Below, in pieces: positions 10,793 to 20,458 of a stretch of 64,000 nt of DNA. Position 1 is the first letter of the stretch, and each line of letters opens with the position of its first letter. The notes under the pieces are model-generated. The model was not told the origin of the DNA and did no database searches. It saw nothing but the letters and a program-made list of their open reading frames with translations. Made by a program: the position numbers and the translations under genes. The DNA is from Escherichia phage MN01: the sequence record MT129652.1; one strand, 5' to 3'.

Positions 10793-10943
10793 TATCATCG
10801 GAATCTTTCAGTTCAGCTTCTTTGCTGCGTTTCTTATAATAGCCTTCCAACTCCTTCAGACCGTCCATGGTCTGGCAGGAACCAATCTTAGCCATAAAGC
10901 CTTCAATTGATGCTTCGTACATAATTTCTTCGAAGGATTTCAT
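10716..10943 (-). CDS. uvsW.1: UvsW.1-like small acidic protein
   Basis: 75 aa, acidic C-terminus, directly downstream of uvsW as in T4. Confidence 0.65.
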   Translation of the reverse strand: MKSFEEIMYEASIEGFMAKIGSCQTMDGLKELEGYYKKRSKEAELKDSDDISVRDALAGKRAELEDMDDDEDEDF

Positions 10944-12442
10944 TATATTTCCACCTGTTTAATTACATAATTGAATTTTTCGTCTGCATACCGCTGAATA
11001 CGTTCTAATGCATGTTTAAGCGCAAAGTTAATATGAACATATTTCTTTTTAGCGTTTGCTGATTTGGGTTTGACCCCCATATCATCCACAATGTCCCACA
11101 CGTTTGCGGTCGATTTAGATTCATGTTTTCGAAGCACACGGCCAATTGTCTGGAGTACAATTACCTTTGACTTGACCGGGTGAGCGAAAATAATATGATG
11201 GAGGTTTTTAACGGAAATACCCGTCGAGAATACACCATATGAAGCTACAACAATAATTCCTTTTCCATTCTCTGCCATGACCTTCAGAGCATTACGGGTT
11301 TCGGTATCAACTTCCCCGGAAACATAATACACTTTCTCATGACCAGCTTCCTTAATCATTTCAAACATCGATTTGCCGTGCTCGATATTCTTAAACATCA
11401 AAAAGACGTTTTCATCTTTTTTAGAAAGCTTGAGGGCAAGGTTTGTCACCCATTTATTTCGGCGTGTAGCTTTTGTAATTACCTTGATTTCATCCTGATA
11501 AGTTTTGCCTTTCATTTTAACGGTGAATTCATCAGGGTAACGAAGGAAAATACTATTTATTTTAAGGTCAGTAACCTGACCGTCTTCCATCAATTTAGAT
11601 GTTGACACTGGTTTAAAGATATCACCAAACAGACCCATATATTGCATAAGGTTGGCTTTGCCATCACGGAGTGAACCTGACAAACCAAATTTAAACATGC
11701 AATTCGTAAGGCCTTCGATAACCGTCGAAATCGATTTACCGGTCGCCATATGACATTCGTCATTCATAAACTGGCCAAACTGTTCAAACCATTCTTTAGG
11801 TTGTTTTACAGCCGTCTGATAAGTCGATACATAAATCATCGCATCAGAATCACGTTTAGTCCCAGAACGAATACCCAAACAAGCTTCACGAGGGAACAGT
11901 CGATAATCAACAAAGTCATTAATCATCTGGTCAACAAGCGCGGTTGTAGGAACAAGGATAAGAACCTTGCCTTCATAGTTCTCGAGGTAATATCGCGCCA
12001 GAAGCGCCTGGATGAGGCTTTTACCTGCAGACGTAGGTAAGTTCAAAATCTTTCTTCTGTTGACCAGGCCATCATATACGGCGTCAGATTGATACCAATG
12101 GGGCGTTATCTTAGTATTGCCTGAATAGATTTCTTTTGACTCAACCCATTTGTTGAATTCTTCGCGAGAGATTTCTTCTTTCTCGGTGATTTGTGGGTCA
12201 ATCCAGAATGAATAGCCAAACTGGTCAGCGAACTTTTTAATTTGATTAACCAAACCGTATGGTAATTTACGATTGTAATCCAGGAGGCGGATTCGTCCGT
12301 CCCAAACTCCCTGCTTGAATTTTGGATTGAAGCGATAGTTTTCAGCTTCGAAGCTGAAGTAATCACGGAGTTCATAGAAGATTCCATCTTCACATTCAAC
12401 ATGCACGTGACTAAAATTTAGAAAGTTGATTTTAATATCCAT
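10943..12442 (-). CDS. uvsW: UvsW DNA/RNA helicase
   Basis: SF2 helicase motifs (Walker A TSAGKS, DECH box) and resemblance to T4 UvsW; start at internal Met downstream of late promoter. Confidence 0.85.
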   Translation of the reverse strand: MDIKINFLNFSHVHVECEDGIFYELRDYFSFEAENYRFNPKFKQGVWDGRIRLLDYNRKLPYGLVNQIKKFADQFGYSFWIDPQITEKEEISREEFNKWVESKEIYSGNTKITPHWYQSDAVYDGLVNRRKILNLPTSAGKSLIQALLARYYLENYEGKVLILVPTTALVDQMINDFVDYRLFPREACLGIRSGTKRDSDAMIYVSTYQTAVKQPKEWFEQFGQFMNDECHMATGKSISTVIEGLTNCMFKFGLSGSLRDGKANLMQYMGLFGDIFKPVSTSKLMEDGQVTDLKINSIFLRYPDEFTVKMKGKTYQDEIKVITKATRRNKWVTNLALKLSKKDENVFLMFKNIEHGKSMFEMIKEAGHEKVYYVSGEVDTETRNALKVMAENGKGIIVVASYGVFSTGISVKNLHHIIFAHPVKSKVIVLQTIGRVLRKHESKSTANVWDIVDDMGVKPKSANAKKKYVHINFALKHALERIQRYADEKFNYVIKQVEI

Positions 12443-12470
12443 GATGATTCCAAGGTAATAAATATATCTA

Positions 12471-12478
12471 TATTTATA
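12471..12478 (-). promoter_or_regulatory. late promoter (TATAAATA on minus strand) for uvsW
   Basis: Plus-strand TATTTATA about 30 nt upstream of uvsW start. Confidence 0.6.
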
Positions 12479-12496
12479 CACTAACCGAGGTTCATC

Positions 12497-13162
12497 ATGA
12501 TTGACAAGAACTACATTGAGGAAATTCGTGTCCTCGAGAAAAAAGAAGCCAAAGAAAAATTAGCCGAATATGCAGCATCACTTGGTGTTGATGTTAAGAA
12601 AACAAAAACCTTCGATAATATGTTGGTTGACCTGGAAGCAGGACTTAAAGCATTTGCTGACATGCCTATGCCTGATGATAATGAAGGCCTAAGCATCACT
12701 GACCTTATCGATGCTGACGATGAATTGTCAGGTGCTAAATTTGATGGTGATGAGTCAGCTAAAGAAGAAGCCAAACTATTATTTGATGCTCCAACCGAAG
12801 CAAAGGTTGAAGTTGTTGAAATCGAAGAACCAGTTGTTTTGGTCAAAGAAGATGTTCCTTTTGTCGAAGAAAAGTTCGAAGCGGCTGTTGCTAAGGTTAT
12901 CGAATCTGAAAAACCTGTATTTGCTCTGCCAAAAAACTTTAGTCCAAATCTTATGCTTATTGGCAAGAACCCTGGATTCTGCACTGTTCCATGGTGGATT
13001 TATCAGTGGATTTCTGAGACTCCGGATTGGAAAGAACGTCCGACCAGCTTCCAACATCCTACTGCACACCAAACACTATTCAGCTTGATTTATTACATCA
13101 ATCGTAATGGGTCTGTTCTAATACGAGAAACTCGTAACTCATCTTTTGTCACTTTAAAATAA
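12497..13162 (+). CDS. inh: Inh-like protein (inhibitor of prohead protease), tentative
   Basis: 221 aa, position between uvsW and hoc as in T4; no strong sequence recall. Confidence 0.45.
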   Translation: MIDKNYIEEIRVLEKKEAKEKLAEYAASLGVDVKKTKTFDNMLVDLEAGLKAFADMPMPDDNEGLSITDLIDADDELSGAKFDGDESAKEEAKLLFDAPTEAKVEVVEIEEPVVLVKEDVPFVEEKFEAAVAKVIESEKPVFALPKNFSPNLMLIGKNPGFCTVPWWIYQWISETPDWKERPTSFQHPTAHQTLFSLIYYINRNGSVLIRETRNSSFVTLK

Positions 13163-13171
13163 GGGTTTATT

Positions 13172-14590
13172 ATGGCTTATACCGTAGCTATTGCTCCTTT
13201 GGCGGCCACGGCCGTTATTGGAGCAACAACCAATTTCACTGCAACCGGCTCTGGTGCTGCAGCTGAAGGTGTTGAATCATTTGTATGGACCGTTAATGGC
13301 GTTCCTCAATCTTCTGTGACTGCAGCAATGGCTTATGTCGCTGTTGGTCCAGCAGGCAGTAAGACTATTAAAGTTGTTGCAACCACCACTCCGGCAGAAG
13401 GTGAACCAGAAACTGCTGAGGCTGAGACGACTTTAACTATCCAGAATAAAACAATGCCTGCTATTACATTGACTTTAGACCCTGCCTCTGTTACTAAAGA
13501 AGTGGGACAATCTCAAGTTGTTACTGCTAACGTATCAGGTGCCCCTGCTGGTGCTACAATTGCTTATGTTTGGAAACGTAATACAACTGTAATTTCAGGT
13601 CAAACCGGTAAAACTATTACCGTAACCGAAGCGGCGGCAGCGAATTACACTTTGAACTGTGAAGTTACTGTTTCTGCACCCGATTATAATAATGGCACCG
13701 CAACTAAAGGAGCTGCGGTATCTTTTGTTAAGAAAACTATGTCGGGTGTTTCTGTTACTTTAACACCAGCCTCAATTAGTACAGAGAAAGACTCGTCTGC
13801 ACAGTTTAAAGCGGATGTAGTTGGCGCTCCTTCCGGCGTAAATGCAACTTATTCTTGGAAGAAAAATGGTTCTATTATTCCGGGCGAAAGCAGCAATATT
13901 CTTGCCGTCGATACAGCTACAGTAGGTTCTTACTCTATTGAAGTTTCGGTAGTCCTAACAGGTGCGGATTATAACGATTTAACCGTTACCAAAACAGGAA
14001 GTGTAACAATTACTAAAAAGACTATGACAGGTGTTTCTGTTACTTTAGCGCCTGCTTCTATTACCGTCTCTGAAGAAATCCCAGCTTCTTTTAAAGCCAC
14101 AGTAGCTGGCGCGCCTGCTGGTGCTACTTTTGCCTATTCTTGGAAGAAAGATGGTTCACCAGTCGCTGGTACCACAGATACTTTTGTAGTCGATACAAGT
14201 GCCGAAGGTTCACAGGTTATTGAAGTTTCTGTTGTTGTTTCGGCTACCAACTATAATCCTGTGACTGTCAAAAAATCTGGTAATGTAACAATTACGCCTA
14301 AAGTTGCTCCTGAACCAGAGGGCGAACTGCCTTATGTTCATCCGTTACCAGTTCGTAATTCAGCTTATATCTGGTGTGGTTGGTGGGTTATGGATGAAAT
14401 CCAGAAAATGACTCTTGAAGGCAAAGACTGGAAAACCGATGACCCTGATAGTGATTTCTATCTCCATCGTTATACCCTTCAAAAAATGGTAGCCGATTAT
14501 CCAGAGGTTGATGTACAAGAATCTCGTAACGGTAGAATTATTCATAGAACTGCTTTAGACATTGGAATTATTTACGATTACGTTTATTAA
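13172..14590 (+). CDS. hoc: Hoc-like outer capsid decoration protein with tandem Ig-like domains
   Basis: Repeated domains of about 95 aa ending in a YSWKK/YVWKR-type motif; C-terminal domain shared with the next gene; T4 hoc position. Confidence 0.75.
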   Translation: MAYTVAIAPLAATAVIGATTNFTATGSGAAAEGVESFVWTVNGVPQSSVTAAMAYVAVGPAGSKTIKVVATTTPAEGEPETAEAETTLTIQNKTMPAITLTLDPASVTKEVGQSQVVTANVSGAPAGATIAYVWKRNTTVISGQTGKTITVTEAAAANYTLNCEVTVSAPDYNNGTATKGAAVSFVKKTMSGVSVTLTPASISTEKDSSAQFKADVVGAPSGVNATYSWKKNGSIIPGESSNILAVDTATVGSYSIEVSVVLTGADYNDLTVTKTGSVTITKKTMTGVSVTLAPASITVSEEIPASFKATVAGAPAGATFAYSWKKDGSPVAGTTDTFVVDTSAEGSQVIEVSVVVSATNYNPVTVKKSGNVTITPKVAPEPEGELPYVHPLPVRNSAYIWCGWWVMDEIQKMTLEGKDWKTDDPDSDFYLHRYTLQKMVADYPEVDVQESRNGRIIHRTALDIGIIYDYVY

Positions 14591-14594
14591 TAAC

Positions 14595-14608
14595 GGGCCG
14601 CAAGGCCC
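14595..14608 (+). terminator. hairpin after hoc (weak terminator)
   Basis: GGGCC-GCAA-GGCCC hairpin without a clear T-run. Confidence 0.35.
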
Positions 14609-14622
14609 TATTCGGAGGATTA

Positions 14623-17457
14623 ATGGCACAAACTATACGTCTTATTTCGGCTAATGTATCACCTGCCCCAGAAAAATACATATTGAACAAGATGTACAAC
14701 TGCGAGATTTCTTTAGAATTTGTATCACAAATAGACAAAATGGCGTTTTATAATAATAATATAGTAGACGCGGATGGAAACAAACTTACTACCGGTGGTA
14801 TAAATCTTACACCACGAGAACCTAATTCGCCATTTAAAATTAGTGGTATCTCATTTATAGTATATAAAAAGAAAGATATGTCTTATTTTATAGAATTCCG
14901 AGATATCGACGGAACTATACATAAAGTACCTCTTGTTAATATTACTGCAGACCAAATAGAAGATGGAAACTCGACACCAAAAATATTGACCTGTGCTAAT
15001 AATTCTTCAGGTGAAGAGTATCTTTATACTTTAAGTCCATACAGAATGGATGCGGGCGCTTTTAACAATATGTTTGTTATAGATTCGGTAGATTTCTTTG
15101 AATATTCTAATAAAGAAACACCGTTTCACACTGAACTTTTACCAAGTGTAGGTACTTCCTACATAATACCTAAAACCGATAGAAGGACTGCGGTATATGC
15201 TGTAGTTAATATATCTGACCGTGACACAGGTAAAAAACTTATAAATTCATTTTATTCGTTTTCGGAAATCCACCCAAATAAAACAGGGCCCACAACCCTT
15301 CTTTCAAGTCTCAAATATTTAGTTGATTCTACAGGCACAGAATTATCGATATTTCCTAAAATATCAGTCACACCACCTATTCCAAATTTAATTTTTAACC
15401 ACAATTTATACACACCTATACAAAGAGGAGTTTCTTTAGCCCCTAATAATAGATTAGACCAAACTATAAACATGTATATAGATGGTTCTACAACTGCTGC
15501 TGGAGCTGTAGTTGCGTCTGATAATGCTTCATTTCTTACTAGACCTGCTAGCACTAGCACTACAATATCAATGGCTAATCTAAAAAATGGGACCAAACTA
15601 TTTTTAAAAGATTATGACCAAAAGGTAATAAAAGAATTAGATTTTGTTGATACAGAATATATCATATTACCTATATCAAATCTTAAAGTAAAATCAATGA
15701 AACCTATGGATTTTACTAAGCCTGTTTGGGAATATGAATTTTCTCCTATATTACCCGGTATAAGTGAAACGGAACCTTATGTTGTCTTCGAAAGCTTTGT
15801 AAAAGAGACAATGAAAAAATTAGGTGACCGTTTTTATGCTAGTGATTTAAAAGGTGCTATAGTTCCTAATTCAGATTCCATAGATAATATGTTATCTAGT
15901 AATACTGCTGGTATAGAATATTATTGGCTGCATATATGGTATCCTAATTTAGGAAAAATGTACTTATTAAGAAACTCTAATGGAGATGGTCCTGGTGTAT
16001 ATCCTCTAATAAAAACGGGCAAAGAACAAGTAACCGTTTCTAAAACCGGTGAAGTTATCCATGGTAAAAATATAGAACTCGCTGCAACTGAATTTGGATT
16101 TTCAGAAATAAACGCAGGAAAACGCACATTCCAATGGTACAAGGACGGGGTTGAATTACCAGGCCAAACTACAAGGGCCCTTTTAATTACAAATTTAAAA
16201 GGCGAAGACAGCGGCGATTATAGTGTTAAAGTAACAGCTACACCTAGTCACTCGTACGCTGAAGATTCTATTATGGAATTTAGTTCTACTCCATTTAACA
16301 TCAATGTTGATACCACAAGGACCATAACAGCCGAATTGACGTGCACCCCAATGCCTATAGTAATGGGCCAGCCTTTTACTCTTTCTGGTAAAATAAGCGG
16401 TGGGTATGGAACTACTATAGAATATGTCAGGCTGATTAAAAACTCGGTAATCTTGGAAGACTATCCATTAGACTCTATGACAACTAGCACTGTTATCCCT
16501 AATGCAACTCTTACTTCAAGTGGAATTTATACTCTTGCCGTAAGTTATTTTGATAACGGAGTAAAACGTCTTGCTCTGTCTGAACCTGTTAAAGCATTTT
16601 TTGCTGATAGCAAACCATTAAATCTAACCTGTGTATTGGCAGGTCCTGATATGGCTAATGAGGGCGATGATGTTTTATTCAATGCAAATGTTGCGGTGAG
16701 TTCGGACGCCAGTTTGACACCTGTATATACAATGCATTGGTATAAAGACGATATACCGGTATCAGATTCATCTCCTGACAATTTGAGTCTAAGTATAACC
16801 AATGCTCATTATCCTGAAGATGAAGGGGTGTATTATTGTATAGTTTCGGCGCATGTTGAAGGATATGAACCTGCTACTATTGAGAGTAATAAAATTGATT
16901 TAACCATACTTACTGACATAAGATTGGTAGCAAGACTTTATTCCGACAACGCTATAATCAATAAAGGAGACACCACAATTATTAAAATAGGGTTCCAAGC
17001 AGATAGACCTGTTAACCCTACATGGAAATGGCACCACAAAGATGGTACTCTGTTACAAGAAAACGGAACCGAATTAATGGTTTCTCCAACATCAACTACT
17101 ACCTATTATGCTATTGCATATCCTGGGTACGGCGAAGGAATACAAAAACCTACAATGACTAATGAATTCACTATAGAAGTTATCGAGCCATCAGTAGACG
17201 CTGATTGTGATATCTACATTCATCCATTGATGCCTGGACGTCAAGGTGGCTTTTTATGGGTGGGGTGGTGGGTTATTGATGAAATCAACCAGGCTATAAA
17301 AGATGGATTTGATTGGAAAGCAGACCCTACTAATAGTAGATTTAAGTACCCGTGTACTATAAAGGCTATTGTTAGAGCCATGAATGACTTTGGGGGAGTT
17401 GAAGCTCAAGAATCCAGAAATGGATACATTCTTAAAGACGACTATTTCAACAGGTAA
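14623..17457 (+). CDS. second, large Hoc-like protein (944 aa) with Ig-like domains and Hoc-type C-terminal domain
   Basis: Ig I-set-like motifs (WYKDG...DSGDYSV, WYKDD...EGVYYC); C-terminal segment (W.GWWV.DEI....DWK.D...ESRNG) parallels the C-terminus of the upstream hoc-like gene. Confidence 0.7.
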   Translation: MAQTIRLISANVSPAPEKYILNKMYNCEISLEFVSQIDKMAFYNNNIVDADGNKLTTGGINLTPREPNSPFKISGISFIVYKKKDMSYFIEFRDIDGTIHKVPLVNITADQIEDGNSTPKILTCANNSSGEEYLYTLSPYRMDAGAFNNMFVIDSVDFFEYSNKETPFHTELLPSVGTSYIIPKTDRRTAVYAVVNISDRDTGKKLINSFYSFSEIHPNKTGPTTLLSSLKYLVDSTGTELSIFPKISVTPPIPNLIFNHNLYTPIQRGVSLAPNNRLDQTINMYIDGSTTAAGAVVASDNASFLTRPASTSTTISMANLKNGTKLFLKDYDQKVIKELDFVDTEYIILPISNLKVKSMKPMDFTKPVWEYEFSPILPGISETEPYVVFESFVKETMKKLGDRFYASDLKGAIVPNSDSIDNMLSSNTAGIEYYWLHIWYPNLGKMYLLRNSNGDGPGVYPLIKTGKEQVTVSKTGEVIHGKNIELAATEFGFSEINAGKRTFQWYKDGVELPGQTTRALLITNLKGEDSGDYSVKVTATPSHSYAEDSIMEFSSTPFNINVDTTRTITAELTCTPMPIVMGQPFTLSGKISGGYGTTIEYVRLIKNSVILEDYPLDSMTTSTVIPNATLTSSGIYTLAVSYFDNGVKRLALSEPVKAFFADSKPLNLTCVLAGPDMANEGDDVLFNANVAVSSDASLTPVYTMHWYKDDIPVSDSSPDNLSLSITNAHYPEDEGVYYCIVSAHVEGYEPATIESNKIDLTILTDIRLVARLYSDNAIINKGDTTIIKIGFQADRPVNPTWKWHHKDGTLLQENGTELMVSPTSTTTYYAIAYPGYGEGIQKPTMTNEFTIEVIEPSVDADCDIYIHPLMPGRQGGFLWVGWWVIDEINQAIKDGFDWKADPTNSRFKYPCTIKAIVRAMNDFGGVEAQESRNGYILKDDYFNR

Positions 17458-17462
17458 TAACT

Positions 17463-17486
17463 AAAATGGGCCGCAAGGCCCATTTT
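17463..17486 (+). terminator. rho-independent terminator
   Basis: AAAATGGGCCGCAAGGCCCATTTT hairpin with flanking A/T runs. Confidence 0.6.
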
Positions 17487-17554
17487 GCATTAAAGTACAA
17501 AATTCCTGTTTACAAGTTAAAAATTCTATGTTAAGATAGCTTCACTAACTCAAC

Positions 17555-17758
17555 ATGAGAATCATTATGGATAAGGTTAAAGTACATTTTCTGCATGAAT
17601 CTGGTATGACATTTATTGAAATCGCCAAGGTACTAGGCGGGACTGCTAAAGAGATGGCAAAAGCCTGGGTTGATGTAGAACAAGCCAAAGCTAAATTTAA
17701 AGCGAAAGAAAAGATTGTTTATCGTAAACGTTTGAATAACAAAAAGGTGAAGAAATGA
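17555..17758 (+). CDS. small basic protein, possibly DNA-binding (helix-turn-helix-like segment)
   Basis: 67 aa ORF; TFIEIAKVLGGTAKEMAKAW segment; Lys-rich tail. Confidence 0.45.
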   Translation: MRIIMDKVKVHFLHESGMTFIEIAKVLGGTAKEMAKAWVDVEQAKAKFKAKEKIVYRKRLNNKKVKK

Positions 17759-18018
17759 CATTCGCAGAAGAACTACGTCAAATCGCAAAAGAATCTCAAG
17801 ATAAAGTTGCAAATGATTTTATTGCTATATTCCGCAAAGTGGCTGTTGCCGCCGCCGAGAATGGTAAAGATGCTGTTAATATGGCAGTTTCTGAAAAAGA
17901 GTATGAAGAAGGAAACCGCGCAAAGATATCTGAATTTCTGCGAGCAGAAAAATTTACATCTTTTACCTGGAATTATGATTGGCAAGAAGCCAAGCCAATG
18001 CTGTATGTAAAATTCTGA
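17755..18018 (+). CDS. hypothetical protein
   Basis: 87 aa ORF with ATGA coupling to the upstream ORF. Confidence 0.45.
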   Translation: MTFAEELRQIAKESQDKVANDFIAIFRKVAVAAAENGKDAVNMAVSEKEYEEGNRAKISEFLRAEKFTSFTWNYDWQEAKPMLYVKF

Positions 18019-18023
18019 CCCTT

Positions 18024-18063
18024 TTTGCTTCAAATAAAAATGCGGTATAATGGTTCTAGACCC
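18024..18063 (+). promoter_or_regulatory. middle promoter module upstream of rnlB
   Basis: TTGCTTCA MotA-box-like element, 12 nt spacer, TATAAT at 18046-18051, then GGTTCTAGACCC. Confidence 0.6.
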
Positions 18064-18148
18064 TTTGCGACTATTAATTCCTTTCAGAGAAAGAAAGTAT
18101 AGTGGGTCTAATTTATAATGATATTTATAACATCAAAAGTGAGAGAAT

Positions 18149-19156
18149 ATGTTCAAGAAATACAACAGCCTTGAAAATCACTATAACAACAAGTTCATTG
18201 AAAAGATTCGCCTGCAAGGCTTCACCAACGGTGAATGGGTAGCACGTGAAAAGATTCATGGCACCAACTTTTCATTAATCATTGAACAAAACAATGTGAC
18301 ATGTGCGAAACGCACTGGGCCTATCCTGCCTGCAGAAGATTTCTATGGTTATGAAATTGTACTAAAGAACTATGCTGATTCTATTAAATCTGTGCAGAAA
18401 CTTTTGCAGGATATCAATTACCAGGCGTATCAGATTTATGGTGAGTTTGCCGGGGCAGGTATCCAGAAGAATGTGGATTACGGTGATAAAGATTTTTATG
18501 TCTTTGATATCCGCGTTACTAAAGAAGATGGTTTTGAATCCGTCCTGACTGACACTTTGATGGAAGCTTTCTGTATTATCCATAAGTTTAAGGTTGCGCC
18601 GCGCCTAGCCACGGGTAGCTTTGAAGACTTGATTAAGCTCCCTAATGACCTGGATTCCGTTGTTCCTGATTACAATTTTACAGTGGATAATGCGGGTTTG
18701 ACTACAGCAAATACCACTGATTTTGACGCGAAGGTTGAAGGTAAAGTATTCACTGCTGAAGGATTTGTATTAAAACCTGATGTTCCTGCATGGTTACCCA
18801 ACGGCGAGCGTGTAGCTATTAAATGTAAGAACTCTAAATTCAGCGAAAAGAAAAAGTCTGATAAACCTATTAAGGCTGCTGTTGTGTTGTCCCAGGAAGA
18901 CCTGGATATTTTATGGAAGTTCACTGATTATGTGACTGTTAACCGTATTAATAATGTTATCAGTAAGATTGGTGAAGTAACACCTAAGGATTTTGGAAAG
19001 GTAATGGGGCTAACGGTCCAGGATATTCTGGAAGAAGCTGGTCGTGAAGGTCTTGAATTGTCCCTGACGGAAAATCCTGTTGAAGTTAAAAAGCAACTTA
19101 TTGTAAATGTAAGAGAAACATTAAGACATGTTTGGATTGCATTAATTAGTGAATAA
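18149..19156 (+). CDS. rnlB: RNA ligase 2 (RnlB)
   Basis: 335 aa (T4 Rnl2 334 aa); nucleotidyltransferase lysine motif KIHGTN; position next to gene 24. Confidence 0.85.
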   Translation: MFKKYNSLENHYNNKFIEKIRLQGFTNGEWVAREKIHGTNFSLIIEQNNVTCAKRTGPILPAEDFYGYEIVLKNYADSIKSVQKLLQDINYQAYQIYGEFAGAGIQKNVDYGDKDFYVFDIRVTKEDGFESVLTDTLMEAFCIIHKFKVAPRLATGSFEDLIKLPNDLDSVVPDYNFTVDNAGLTTANTTDFDAKVEGKVFTAEGFVLKPDVPAWLPNGERVAIKCKNSKFSEKKKSDKPIKAAVVLSQEDLDILWKFTDYVTVNRINNVISKIGEVTPKDFGKVMGLTVQDILEEAGREGLELSLTENPVEVKKQLIVNVRETLRHVWIALISE

Positions 19157-19185
19157 AAAAGGGCCGCAAGGCCCTTATTCTTTTT
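19155..19185. terminator. bidirectional terminator between rnlB and gene 24
   Basis: GGGCCGCAAGGCCC hairpin with A-run upstream and T-run downstream. Confidence 0.65.
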
Positions 19186-20458
19186 CCAATGGCGGAAGTT
19201 TAACACCAAGATAAGAACTCAATTGGCTTTGGTTAGCCATCTTATCCATATCAGCACCGTCAATAATGCGAGCTTCTTTATCGTCTTTAGCAACGGTGTA
19301 AGGGTTCGCTGTCAATGCATAACGAGCTAACAGTGCAACCGTAGGCTGTAAGCTTTCAGGGTCAACAATAACCTTGAATTCCCCGACCGAGGTATCACCC
19401 TCATCATCAACTTCGCTAAGCCCTTCCGTATAAGGCGCATAATACAAAGATGCGACCGTCTGACCTTCACCCATATCAGCATTTACACCGACAATAACAT
19501 AATCACATGGACTATTCATATCAGCGTAAAGAGGTAAACCGTTCTTCAGAACGCCATAGGCCAATTCATCCTGGTCTTCCTTTTTCTCAACCCAGCCAGA
19601 AGCGGCTAAAATAGCTGCACAACGAGAAGAAGCGACTGCATATGTACCAGCAAATGAAGTCTGACGTTGAACTGCAGAATTCATTTCACACATATAATAA
19701 TACAGGGTTCGTGCGCGGTCCTGGGCGTTATCATATTTCAGGTCAGTAAGATTCAATACACCTTTTTCAGAAACACCTTGCACCTTGAAACGGGAACTGA
19801 CAGTAATAAGGGATTGCAGTACATCCTTATTAATTTCCTCTGCCATTTGAATACCGAGAATATTATCGATGAAATCCGTTGCATCGAAACCGTTTGCTTC
19901 CAGGTCTTGTGCAAGCTCGACAGTTAAAGAAGTTTTCAGTTTTCTGGATTTGACTTCGGTCTGCCATTTATCGATACGGAAACCAGCTTCAGCAATTTCA
20001 GGATGTCCTTTTTCAAATTTATCCGTGAAAGCCGCATCTGACATCATTCTTATATGACCAGCAGCAACGGCTTCAGAAATAACTTCACCCAAATCAGTTT
20101 CGAGAGTCCCGGCGAATGGTGATGCTTCCAGAACTTTGAACACAACACTTTCAAACTGGAACATATCGCCGACTGCATAAGCTTCGTCTTTGTTTGTAAA
20201 TTCTGGAATATTCTTACGCTCGAACATACCAATCTGACCTGCAAATGTTGCCCCGCCGAGATAAGTCATTTTATCATCTGGGTTCAGAACACGAACACCA
20301 TACAGCGCTGCAACAGGCTGGGTAGTTTTCTGTTCAGCCACGAGTGCTTTAAAAATTCGTTTATTCGTGGCTTGGGTATAAGAAAGCAAATTAGGACGGG
20401 CGACCTGGTTGGCCGCCGTTAATGTTGATTCGTGAATTAGTGCGTTAATCTTTTGCAT
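19175..20458 (-). CDS. 24: head vertex protein gp24 (copy A)
   Basis: 427 aa, same length as T4 gp24; gp23-like fold signature shared with the adjacent paralog. Confidence 0.8.
   Translation of the reverse strand: MQKINALIHESTLTAANQVARPNLLSYTQATNKRIFKALVAEQKTTQPVAALYGVRVLNPDDKMTYLGGATFAGQIGMFERKNIPEFTNKDEAYAVGDMFQFESVVFKVLEASPFAGTLETDLGEVISEAVAAGHIRMMSDAAFTDKFEKGHPEIAEAGFRIDKWQTEVKSRKLKTSLTVELAQDLEANGFDATDFIDNILGIQMAEEINKDVLQSLITVSSRFKVQGVSEKGVLNLTDLKYDNAQDRARTLYYYMCEMNSAVQRQTSFAGTYAVASSRCAAILAASGWVEKKEDQDELAYGVLKNGLPLYADMNSPCDYVIVGVNADMGEGQTVASLYYAPYTEGLSEVDDEGDTSVGEFKVIVDPESLQPTVALLARYALTANPYTVAKDDKEARIIDGADMDKMANQSQLSSYLGVKLPPLEKE

Noticed and set aside
12443-12481. N-terminal extension of uvsW (MYKYRYIYYLGII) offered by the ORF track
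   Set aside because: The extension overlaps the late promoter; the internal Met (MDIKINF) gives a protein of the expected length.
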